DNA from: Candidatus Pacearchaeota archaeon
Lineage (GTDB): Archaea; Nanobdellota; Nanobdellia; Pacearchaeales; UBA284
Direction of reading: 5' to 3'
NCBI GenBank assembly: GCA_026016245.1
Contig: CP061211.1
Span: forward strand, 134,353-158,352
Length of the DNA: 24,000 nt
Below are positions 7,358 to 14,129 of this stretch, piece after piece. The notes below the pieces were generated by a model. That model ran no database searches. It was not told where the DNA came from and saw only the letters and a program-made list of their open reading frames with translations. Numbering within the stretch: position 1 is the stretch's first letter; every line of letters begins with the position of its first letter. The position numbers and the translations under genes are program-made.

Positions 7358-8444
7358 ACTTGTTGATAAAAATTCAAGATTTGTCCTTAAAAAGATAATA
7401 ACTAATAAAGGGGAATTTTATAATAGGCAACTTGCAGTATCAAATTCTATTTATGCTTGTGAGAAAAAAAGATTAATTTATGGAAAAGCTTTATTTGATT
7501 CTATTTTTCAAACTTTTCATATAATGTGGAATAGTGATGAAGAAGAATGGGATTTTATAGGATTAAAAAAAGCAAAAGAACACTCAAAAAATAATGGAAG
7601 AATTTTTATCCCATACAAACAAAGAAATGAAAAGCAGTGGAATGAATTAACTTGGAAAGAAGCCGAAGAAGAATTTAAGAAATTTCAGAAAAAAGTAAAT
7701 ATTGTTCCTTATCCAATTCCTTTAAATGCTTCTTTAGAAGAATGGAGAATAAAGAAAAAGGAAGCATTAGGATTATTAGAACCAAATCAAAAACTAATTT
7801 CTATACTTTCATCTAAACATCATAATATTAATAATTTCCTTTTATTAGTAAAAGAAGAATTAAAAAATTCATTTTTTCTTGGAATTTGTTGTTATGGATT
7901 AAGCACAACTTTAGAGAAAATAAATTTATCTTTACTTAATTCAATAAATTCCTCTTTTAATGTAGAAGATAAAACTGCTTTAATAGGTTATTTTGATTAT
8001 GCGAGGATGTTAATGAACCATTCAAATATCGCTGGTTCTTTCGCTTATTCTTGTTTTGCTGGAGATTTCTTTTCAGAAAAATCTTATTTTATTCCGAGAA
8101 TGTCTAAAAAAGCAAGAGAAAAAATGTTTAATAAAAAACCAGAGGATTTTTATTTTTATGATATAAAAGAAAAAAAATTCAATAAATCCCTTCCACAATC
8201 AGGATGGTATGGTTTTGATTTAACAAGAAATTCTCTAAAAATGATTTCTGTAAATGAAGGTTTAACTGGCTATCAAACAATAAAATGGATTAATCATTTT
8301 TTACAGCAGAGAGATTTAAAATTAATTAATGAACTTCTTATTTCTAAAAAGAATGTTCTTAAATCATTAAAAAATTATACTGGTTGGAATGTTTTTTGGG
8401 ATACAATAAAACCAAACTCCCCTGAAATTCAAAGAACTTTATAG
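7332..8444 (+). CDS. Hypothetical protein (370 aa) of unknown family
   Basis: The track ORF starts at TTG 7323; the first ATG is 7332. Overlaps the wHTH gene by 26 nt. No Walker, nuclease, recombinase or radical-SAM motif recognised. Confidence 0.6.
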   Translation: MEIKEVKVELVDKNSRFVLKKIITNKGEFYNRQLAVSNSIYACEKKRLIYGKALFDSIFQTFHIMWNSDEEEWDFIGLKKAKEHSKNNGRIFIPYKQRNEKQWNELTWKEAEEEFKKFQKKVNIVPYPIPLNASLEEWRIKKKEALGLLEPNQKLISILSSKHHNINNFLLLVKEELKNSFFLGICCYGLSTTLEKINLSLLNSINSSFNVEDKTALIGYFDYARMLMNHSNIAGSFAYSCFAGDFFSEKSYFIPRMSKKAREKMFNKKPEDFYFYDIKEKKFNKSLPQSGWYGFDLTRNSLKMISVNEGLTGYQTIKWINHFLQQRDLKLINELLISKKNVLKSLKNYTGWNVFWDTIKPNSPEIQRTL

Positions 8445-8468
8445 TCACGTGACGCAAAGGATAAAACA

Positions 8469-8510
8469 TTAAGGGGTTGCTTGTTCTTTCCAAGCAAGTT
8501 AATCCCTTAA
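8469..8510. terminator. Imperfect long hairpin between convergent genes (possible bidirectional terminator)
   Basis: TTAAGGG-g-TTGCTTG-ttctttc-CAAGCAA-gttaat-CCCTTAA. Preceded by the perfect palindrome GTCACGTGAC (8444-8453) and followed by a T-rich run. Confidence 0.35.
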
Positions 8511-8618
8511 CGCCTTCTTTAAATTATTAATTCTTTCTACCTTTTAATCTTTTCTATGATTTTGGCTTTGTATATAAAGTCTGAATAAGGGCTTACTTTT
8601 TAAACAAAATTTATTTTA

Positions 8619-8963
8619 TTATTTCAAGGTTAACATTTGTGCCATTATGACAAAATTAACTTTAAAAGATAATTCTGGAAAATCTTCTTTGATTTTATTC
8701 CATATCCACATTTCTTCTTCAAAATAAGGTATAAAATTTCCTTTATCTTTCTCTTTAAATGATTCTACTTGGTCTATTCCAAAAATTTTGTGATAAGCTT
8801 CATGTATTACAATAACTTCAATTGATTCTAAAGGATTATCCCTTCCAACCCATATTTCTTCTGGTTGAAGTGAAGCCCCTTCACCATCAACAATTTTTAC
8901 AGGAAATTCAAAATTGTATTTCTCTTTAAGTTTTTTCTTAGCAGATTCTATTTCTTTTTTCAT
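8619..8963 (-). CDS. Small putative zinc metallopeptidase (HExxH), 114 aa
   Basis: VIVIHEAYHKIFG contains HExxH in a hydrophobic helix context. It is the last gene inside the right inverted repeat. Confidence 0.5.
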   Translation of the reverse strand: MKKEIESAKKKLKEKYNFEFPVKIVDGEGASLQPEEIWVGRDNPLESIEVIVIHEAYHKIFGIDQVESFKEKDKGNFIPYFEEEMWIWNKIKEDFPELSFKVNFVIMAQMLTLK

Positions 8964-9022
8964 AACAAATAAAATATTCTCTCTACATATAAATTTTTTG
9001 ATTTAAATTATATAATTAAAAT

Positions 9023-9048
9023 CCACCAACCTAAGACTTTACAGAACC
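9023..9048 (-). repeat. Right terminal inverted repeat
   Basis: Its reverse complement matches 3577-3602 at 22/26 positions. It ends 10 nt from the 3' end of tRNA-Gly. Confidence 0.6.
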
Positions 9049-9058
9049 AATAAAAACA

Positions 9059-9169
9059 TGCGCCAGCTGGGATTTGAACCCAGGTAACAACCTATCTCCA
9101 AAGTTTAGGGTTGATAAGGGATATGCCCTTATTTGGGAGGGTTGTGTCTTACCACTGGACTACTGGCGC
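9059..9169 (-). tRNA. tRNA-Gly(CCC) with a 40-nt intron after position 37
   Basis: Hand fold: acceptor GCGCCAG/CTGGCGC, A73, T arm CTGGG-TTCAAAT-CCCAG, anticodon stem CAACC/GGTTG, loop CUCCCA|A. The intron is 9094-9133 and contains the AAGGG-CATAT-CCCTT hairpin. CTCCCAAA/TTTGGAG complementarity is consistent with a bulge-helix-bulge. No encoded CCA. Confidence 0.8.
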
Positions 9170-9240
9170 TTGCATAATTGAGAGCAAAAATGTTTATAAA
9201 TCTTGATTACTTTTAATATTGGAGGTTGAGGGAGAGAAGT

Positions 9241-9594
9241 ATGAGGATAAAGACAGCATACATGCTAATACCTGTTGGAACAAAACAGAGAGATGATCCA
9301 GGAGAATATATTGAATGTCCTAGAGAGAAGAAAGTTTTTGGGGAATCAAGACTAATTACTAAGAAAGGAAGAAATAAACACACTCAAAGTACTTTAGAAT
9401 GTCAATGTTTTATTGTTTTATCTAACACTCTTGATGCAAGACTTATAATTGAATTTGAAAAAAGTGTTAATTTACAAATGTGTCGTGCTGCTGTTCATTA
9501 TGAAAGAGATAGAGATGTAGAAAGCATAGAAAAAATTTTAAAACCTATTAGTGTTTATGGGGCTGAGTATAAGAAGGCTGGGGAAGGAAAATGA
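9241..9594 (+). CDS. Hypothetical protein (117 aa from the ATG), first gene of a three-gene operon
   Basis: The track ORF starts at TTG 9226; ATG is at 9241. TATA-like tttataaa at 9193-9200 and GGAGG at 9221-9225. The stop overlaps the next start (ATGA). Confidence 0.55.
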   Translation: MRIKTAYMLIPVGTKQRDDPGEYIECPREKKVFGESRLITKKGRNKHTQSTLECQCFIVLSNTLDARLIIEFEKSVNLQMCRAAVHYERDRDVESIEKILKPISVYGAEYKKAGEGK

Positions 9595-10739
9595 ATGTAT
9601 GGGATAGAATAATTGATGCTAGCAAACTACCAAATATAAGTGATTTTTCTACAGTTTATGATATGAATGAAAATGAGGAAATGGAAATAAAAGAATCAGG
9701 CAAACCAACACTTGAGCAGACTGTTGAAATATTGCATTTAGTGGCTGTGCTTGACAGTGAATCTGCTATTATTTTACCTAATGGTTTTACTTATAGGGTT
9801 GATGCTCGCACAGTAAGGAAGAATGTAAGGCCTATAATGTTAAAAAGAATTAGAACTAAAAGGGAAGCTATTGAACAAGAAATTACACCTAGCAAACTTG
9901 CCAGAGAAAAAATAGAGAAGATGCGTTTTAGGTATCAAATAAAGCCAGAAACATTAAGGGAGGATTATGCTGGTATTAATTTTGTTGGTATAACTGACAA
10001 GAAAATCAAGAATTATTTGATTTCTGACGCAATTGAAGGTTATTTACATGCAAAAAATGCTAGCAGTTTAATTGAAATCCAGAGATGGGATACACTTGAA
10101 AGTCTTTTGAAAGAAAGGAAATACCAAGAAAGATTATCTTTTCAAGAAAAACTGGCATTAAAACGTGTTACTATGAGGAAAGAAATCCTTAAGATGGGGT
10201 CTAGAAAAAAGACCCTGACAGAAGTTCCAGAAAAACCTCGCAGAATTATTTTAACAAGAGAAGCAGTAAGGGTTGCTAAGAAAGTTCCATCCACAAGTGA
10301 GAGGGGAAAATTTTACAAGGAAATAAGATTTAGAAGACTTCCTGAAGTGTTTCCAGATAATGAATATCCAGAACTTAACAAGGAATTTTATGCTGCATGG
10401 ACAGATTTTTGGATAGAGCCACCTTGTACATGTCAAGACAAGACATGGTTCATTTCTTACATAAGGCCTAATCAAGTATGGTATTGTATTCATGAAATAG
10501 CTGCTTTTAGAAAGGCTTTGAGCATGGATTGGCAAGAAGGTAGACCAGTAACTTATCCTGATCCTTATATTGCCACATCTCCTTTTTTGAGACTGTCACA
10601 AGATTACATTAATTATTATATGAAATGGAAAAAGCAAGTATTTATTAAAAAAAGAAATAGTTATCAACACCTTGCCAAAGTTTATCTTGATATATGGCCT
10701 GAAAAACAAGTTAGGCGGGGAAAAATAGAATTATTGTAA
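9591..10739 (+). CDS. SWIM zinc-finger domain protein (382 aa)
   Basis: C-x-C-x17-C-x-H: PPCTCQDKTWFISYIRPNQVWYCIHEIAAF (nt 10425-10493) matches the SWIM CxCxnCxH signature. The rest is unrecognised. Confidence 0.7.
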   Translation: MNVWDRIIDASKLPNISDFSTVYDMNENEEMEIKESGKPTLEQTVEILHLVAVLDSESAIILPNGFTYRVDARTVRKNVRPIMLKRIRTKREAIEQEITPSKLAREKIEKMRFRYQIKPETLREDYAGINFVGITDKKIKNYLISDAIEGYLHAKNASSLIEIQRWDTLESLLKERKYQERLSFQEKLALKRVTMRKEILKMGSRKKTLTEVPEKPRRIILTREAVRVAKKVPSTSERGKFYKEIRFRRLPEVFPDNEYPELNKEFYAAWTDFWIEPPCTCQDKTWFISYIRPNQVWYCIHEIAAFRKALSMDWQEGRPVTYPDPYIATSPFLRLSQDYINYYMKWKKQVFIKKRNSYQHLAKVYLDIWPEKQVRRGKIELL

Positions 10740-10741
10740 AA

Positions 10742-11077
10742 ATGACAAAATTTTTTAAGGTTAAGGCGGAAGAAGGATCACTTATTTATTTTTTAGACCT
10801 CTATAATTTTTTAAAAAGAAATGATTATTTTCAGGTTGCTGTTCCAGAAAATAAAGAATATCATCTTGATGCTGTTTTTTCAGCATTATGTCGTATGGGT
10901 AGTCTTCCAGATAATCCTTCTGAAATATCTTTTTTTGAGCAACATAATGAGCTTGTAGGAAAAGTCTTGACAACTTACAAGATTTTAAAAGATGGTATGG
11001 TTACTAGCGTGAGAAGCATCATAGAGATAGCAGAACTTCTAAATATAGATATGAATCATCAATTAGAGAAATTTTAG
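10742..11077 (+). CDS. Hypothetical protein (111 aa)
   Basis: Starts 2 nt after the SWIM gene stop. No motif recognised. Confidence 0.5.
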   Translation: MTKFFKVKAEEGSLIYFLDLYNFLKRNDYFQVAVPENKEYHLDAVFSALCRMGSLPDNPSEISFFEQHNELVGKVLTTYKILKDGMVTSVRSIIEIAELLNIDMNHQLEKF

Positions 11078-11123
11078 TTTTTATTTAAGAAACTTTTTTA
11101 AGTCTCTTTCTCTTGGATTTTTT

Positions 11124-12626
11124 ATGGCAAAGAAATTTTATATAACGACAGCAATAGACTATGTGAATGATGAGCCTCATATTGGCCATGCCTATCAAAA
11201 AATCATAGCTGATGTTCTTGCAAGATGGCATAGAATTATAGATGATAAAGTTTTTTTTCTAACAGGTACTGATGAGCATGGGCAGAAGATTGCAAGAAGT
11301 GCCTCTGAAAAGGAAAAGGAGCCAAAAGAATTCTGCGATGTTATGTCTAAAAAATTTAAAGAGGCATGGAAAGCCCTAAATATAGAATATGATAAGTTTA
11401 TCAGAACAACAGACTCAGATCATGAAAAATTTGCTCAAGAATTCATTAAAAAAGTAGATAAGAAGGGAGATATCTACAAAGGAAAATATGAAGGATTATA
11501 TTGTGTTTCTTGTGAGGCTTTTTATACAGAGAAAGATCTTGTTGATGGAAAATGTCCCATTCACAAAAAACCTGTTGAAGAAGTAAGTGAGGAAACTTAT
11601 TTTTTTAAATTAAGTAAATACAAAGAAAAACTTCTTGAGCATTATAAAAAAAATCCTATTTTTATTTTGCCAGAATCAAGGAGAAATGAAATTATAAATA
11701 GGGTTAAGGAAGAACTGAAAGATTTAAGCATAACAAGAACAACCCTTAAATGGGGAATCTCTTTTCCACTTGATAAAAAACATGTTATTTATGTTTGGTT
11801 TGAAGCTCTGTTGAATTATCTTTCAGGAGTCCAGGGAAAAGATTTTTGGCCAGCTGATGTTCATGTTCTTGGAAAAGATAATGGGTGGTTTCATGCTGTA
11901 ATATGGCCAGCAATGCTACTTTCAGCTGGTTATGAGTTGCCTAAAACTGTTTTTGTTCACGGTTTCTTGACATTTAATGGAGAAAAGATAAGTAAGAGTT
12001 TGGGTAATGTTATCTCTCCTAAAGTCCTTGTTAAAAAATATGGGGCTGATAGTGTGAGATATTTCTGCTTGAGGCAGATCCCTTTTGCAGAAGGAAGAGA
12101 TGGTGATTTCAATGAGAAGGCTTTGATAGAAAGACATAACAATGAATTAGCAGATAAGTTGGGTAATCTAATTTCAAGAGTCAGTGCATTAACAGAAAAA
12201 TATGGATTAGAAAAAGAAGAAAATAAACTTCTTAAGGATTTAAAACTCCTAGAAATTGAAAAATATGTTGAAAATTTTGAATTTGATAAAGCCTTAAATG
12301 AAATTTTTTCTTTTATAGATAAGTGTAATGCATATGTGCAGAAAAAACAGCCTTGGAAGACAGGAGACAAGAAAGTTTTGTATGAGCTAGTTGATTCAAT
12401 TAAAGCTATTGCAATCTTATTATGGCCTTTTATTCCTGAAACAAGTGAGAAGATATCTAAAACCTTGGGTTTTGAGATTAAATCTTTAGGACAGATTAAA
12501 GAATCTCTTGAAGTAAAAAAAATTAAAAAGAGTGAAATTCTATTTAAAAAAATAGGTTTAGAAGATGGATTAAAGAAGGGTTTGAAAAGAGGAGAATTAA
12601 AAAAAGGCCTTAGAAATGGATTATAA
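11124..12626 (+). CDS. metG: Methionyl-tRNA synthetase core (no fused C-terminal tRNA-binding domain)
   Basis: HIGH motif (PHIGHAYQ), KMSKS variant (GEKISKSLGN), zinc knuckle CVSCEAF...GKCPIHKK and an anticodon-binding helical region. Ends in the G-L-K-K-like repeat GLEDGLKKGLKRGELKKGLRNGL. Confidence 0.95.
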   Translation: MAKKFYITTAIDYVNDEPHIGHAYQKIIADVLARWHRIIDDKVFFLTGTDEHGQKIARSASEKEKEPKEFCDVMSKKFKEAWKALNIEYDKFIRTTDSDHEKFAQEFIKKVDKKGDIYKGKYEGLYCVSCEAFYTEKDLVDGKCPIHKKPVEEVSEETYFFKLSKYKEKLLEHYKKNPIFILPESRRNEIINRVKEELKDLSITRTTLKWGISFPLDKKHVIYVWFEALLNYLSGVQGKDFWPADVHVLGKDNGWFHAVIWPAMLLSAGYELPKTVFVHGFLTFNGEKISKSLGNVISPKVLVKKYGADSVRYFCLRQIPFAEGRDGDFNEKALIERHNNELADKLGNLISRVSALTEKYGLEKEENKLLKDLKLLEIEKYVENFEFDKALNEIFSFIDKCNAYVQKKQPWKTGDKKVLYELVDSIKAIAILLWPFIPETSEKISKTLGFEIKSLGQIKESLEVKKIKKSEILFKKIGLEDGLKKGLKRGELKKGLRNGL

Positions 12627-12631
12627 TAAAA

Positions 12632-12967
12632 ATGACTGAAACAATACCATTCAAAGAATGGCAAAAACTTAACTTGAGAATTGGAAAAATTCTTGATGTG
12701 AAAGACCATCCAAATGCAGAAAAACTTTATTTGCTTGATGTTGACTTAGGAACTGAAAAAAGAACTCTTGTAGCTGGTCTAAAGCAATACTACAAACCAG
12801 AAGAGTTGAAAGGTAAGCAGTGCGTGATATTCACAAATTTAGAACCAGCGACTATCAGAGGAATTAAGAGCGAAGGTATGATACTGGCTGCTGTCAGTAA
12901 AGACAAGAGCAAAGTTATTTTAATTAGCCCTGAGAAAGAGGTTGATTTGGGAAGTAAGGTTGAGTAG
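12632..12967 (+). CDS. Stand-alone tRNA-binding domain protein (Trbp111/EMAP-II-like OB fold, equivalent to the MetRS C-terminal domain)
   Basis: LNLRIGKILDVKDHPNAEKLYLLDVDLGTEKRTLVAGLKQYYKPEELKGKQCVIFTNLEPATIRGIKSEGMILAA is the classical motif set. It starts 5 nt after the metG stop, in a different frame. Confidence 0.9.
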   Translation: MTETIPFKEWQKLNLRIGKILDVKDHPNAEKLYLLDVDLGTEKRTLVAGLKQYYKPEELKGKQCVIFTNLEPATIRGIKSEGMILAAVSKDKSKVILISPEKEVDLGSKVE

Positions 12968-13112
12968 GTTTATAATCTGGATGCTTTTTACAATTGATAT
13001 CATAACCATCACAACTTATACAGTTTAATTTCTGCTTATTAACATCATCTTCAGTTATAGAACCATTATCTAAACCTATTCTCCATATGCATTTTTCTAT
13101 TCCATTTTTCAT
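12924..13112 (-). CDS. Doubtful small Cys-containing ORF (62 aa)
   Basis: C-x22-C-x2-C-x6-C. Starts 9 nt downstream of tRNA-Val. Its last 44 nt are antisense to the tRNA-binding-domain gene. Confidence 0.25.
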   Translation of the reverse strand: MKNGIEKCIWRIGLDNGSITEDDVNKQKLNCISCDGYDINCKKHPDYKPTQPYFPNQPLSQG

Positions 13113-13120
13113 TTTAGTGA

Positions 13121-13193
13121 TGGGCCTGCTCGGAATTGAACCGAGGATCTTTGCTGTGTGAGAGCAACGTCCTAACCATTAGACCACAGGCCC
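13121..13193 (-). tRNA. tRNA-Val(CAC)
   Basis: Hand fold, 73 nt: acceptor GGGCCTG/CAGGCCC, D stem GTCT/GGAC, anticodon stem TTGCT/AGCAA with loop CTCACAC, T arm CTCGG-TTCAATT-CCGAG, A73. No intron and no encoded CCA. Confidence 0.9.
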
Positions 13194-13231
13194 TGTTACG
13201 ATTAGATATAGAGAATTTAAAAATTATATGA

Positions 13232-13966
13232 TTATCCTTTGTAGATTATTATATTGCCTCTTCCTCTCTTGATTTTTTTAACCTTGCCTTGGTCTTCAAG
13301 GTCTGCTATCACAAGACTTGCTTTTGCTTCACTTATTCCTAATTCCTTTCTTATAGCTTTTTGCGTGACTCTTTTTTCACGCTTGAGTATTTTTAATACT
13401 GCTGTCATAACTTCATCACCTACAGGTTTTATTTTTTCTTTAACTTTTCTTTTTTTCTTTCTTTTTTTAATCTTTTTTTTGCTTTTTGATTTTCTGGATA
13501 TAAGATAGATAATAAATCCTATAATTGTGATTGCAATAATTATTCCTATAATCAACCAGATATTAACTTTTGATCTTTCTTTTAACAAATCTTCAATCAT
13601 CTTAAGTTCTGATTCATCAAATTCAAGCTCTTCTATGTCTAGAGTTTCAAACAAAATCAAATCAAGGACAAAATTACCTTCTGCTGGTAAAGTAATTGTT
13701 TCTTTATCATAAAGTAAAATACCTTGAGTTGAGTAAAAAGCTTCAATTTCATAAGTACCTTCAGGAACAGTGAAAGAATATGTACCATCATGAGCAACAA
13801 TGCTTTGTTTTGGGGTGCTATTTATTTCTACTATAGTTTTTATTGCCAACTCAAGATCAGGGCCATAGATACTGCCGTAAACAGTCGCAGCTTGAGCTTG
13901 TGTTAACAGAATTGTGAATAGAAAAATGAATGCAATTATTCCTATCATTCCCTTAGCCTTTATCAT
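13232..13966 (-). CDS. Membrane-anchored transcriptional regulator: signal/TM, extracytoplasmic beta-sandwich (CarboxypepD_reg-like), TM helix, K-rich linker, C-terminal winged helix
   Basis: N-terminal MIGIIAFIFLFTILLTQAQA. G-x-Y-x-F-x-V-P-E-G-x-Y-E-I pattern (DGTYSFTVPEGTYEIEAFY). TM helix VNIWLIIGIIIAITIIGFIIYLI. KSKSKKKIKKRKKKRKVKEK linker. wHTH VTQKAIRKELGISEAKASLVIADLEDQGKVKKIKRGRGNIIIY. Confidence 0.7.
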   Translation of the reverse strand: MIKAKGMIGIIAFIFLFTILLTQAQAATVYGSIYGPDLELAIKTIVEINSTPKQSIVAHDGTYSFTVPEGTYEIEAFYSTQGILLYDKETITLPAEGNFVLDLILFETLDIEELEFDESELKMIEDLLKERSKVNIWLIIGIIIAITIIGFIIYLISRKSKSKKKIKKRKKKRKVKEKIKPVGDEVMTAVLKILKREKRVTQKAIRKELGISEAKASLVIADLEDQGKVKKIKRGRGNIIIYKG

Positions 13967-14097
13967 AACATTAAAAATCGATGATGCTTTAAAAACTTTA
14001 CCAAATTTTGTGGATATAAAGCTTAAAAAAGCATTTTTTAAGTTTCTTCTGAAAGTTTATTTATAAATTAAATAAATTATACAAAATTGTGAAAAAG

Positions 14098-14109
14098 CTG
14101 GCTAGCCAG
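14098..14109. promoter_or_regulatory. Perfect GC-rich 12-bp palindrome CTGGCTAGCCAG between a TATA-like box and the first ATG of the five-gene operon
   Basis: Read directly. TATA-like tttataaatt at ~14059-14068; ATG at 14130. The palindrome is 8/12 GC in an AT-rich intergenic region. Confidence 0.45.
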
Positions 14110-14129
14110 TGCCGGCTTTCATAGTTAAA

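Larger units (their letters stand above)
3577..9048. mobile_element. Candidate 5.47-kb IS6-family-derived cargo transposon bounded by 26-bp imperfect terminal inverted repeats
   Basis: Left end 3577-3602 is GGTTCTGTAAAGTTATCGGTTGGTAG. The reverse complement of 9023-9048 is GGTTCTGTAAAGTCTTAGGTTGGTGG (22/26 identical, first 13 perfect). The only transposase inside is IS6-family, and no inverted repeats lie next to that gene. The 8-bp flanks are TATAATAA and AATAAAAA (6/8; the adjacent AATAA is identical). Confidence 0.55.

Noticed and set aside
7332-8444. TGT/DpdA-like (7-deazaguanine DNA modification) assignment for the 370-aa protein
   Set aside because: The resemblance rests on two short, loosely similar segments recalled from memory, and no catalytic Asp pattern could be aligned. 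It is kept only as an idea to test by profile or structure search.
8540-8600. Possible C/D-box sRNA (tatgatt ... ctga)
   Set aside because: The C-box match is poor (UAUGAUU versus RUGAUGA), the box spacing is only ~30 nt, and no C'/D' boxes or terminal stem are present.
11957-12709. 250-aa minus-strand ORF running antisense across metG and into the next gene
   Set aside because: Its composition is F/S/L/K-dominated low complexity, and it is fully antisense to a confidently identified MetRS with intact motifs. This is a typical shadow frame in AT-rich coding DNA. The same reasoning applies to 1550-1738, 2317-2520, 2324-2506, 2590-2940, 4718-4972, 5371-5598, 10251-10535, 10782-10973, 11922-12137, 13254-13508, 13527-13712, 17245-17457, 20424-20615, 22382-22570 and 22613-22801.
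14025-14045. Inverted repeat CTTAAAAAA-gca-TTTTTTAAG in the regulator/operon intergenic region
   Set aside because: It is a homopolymer A/T hairpin of low information content. It is indistinguishable from the background AT-rich sequence and is not positioned after any gene as a terminator.
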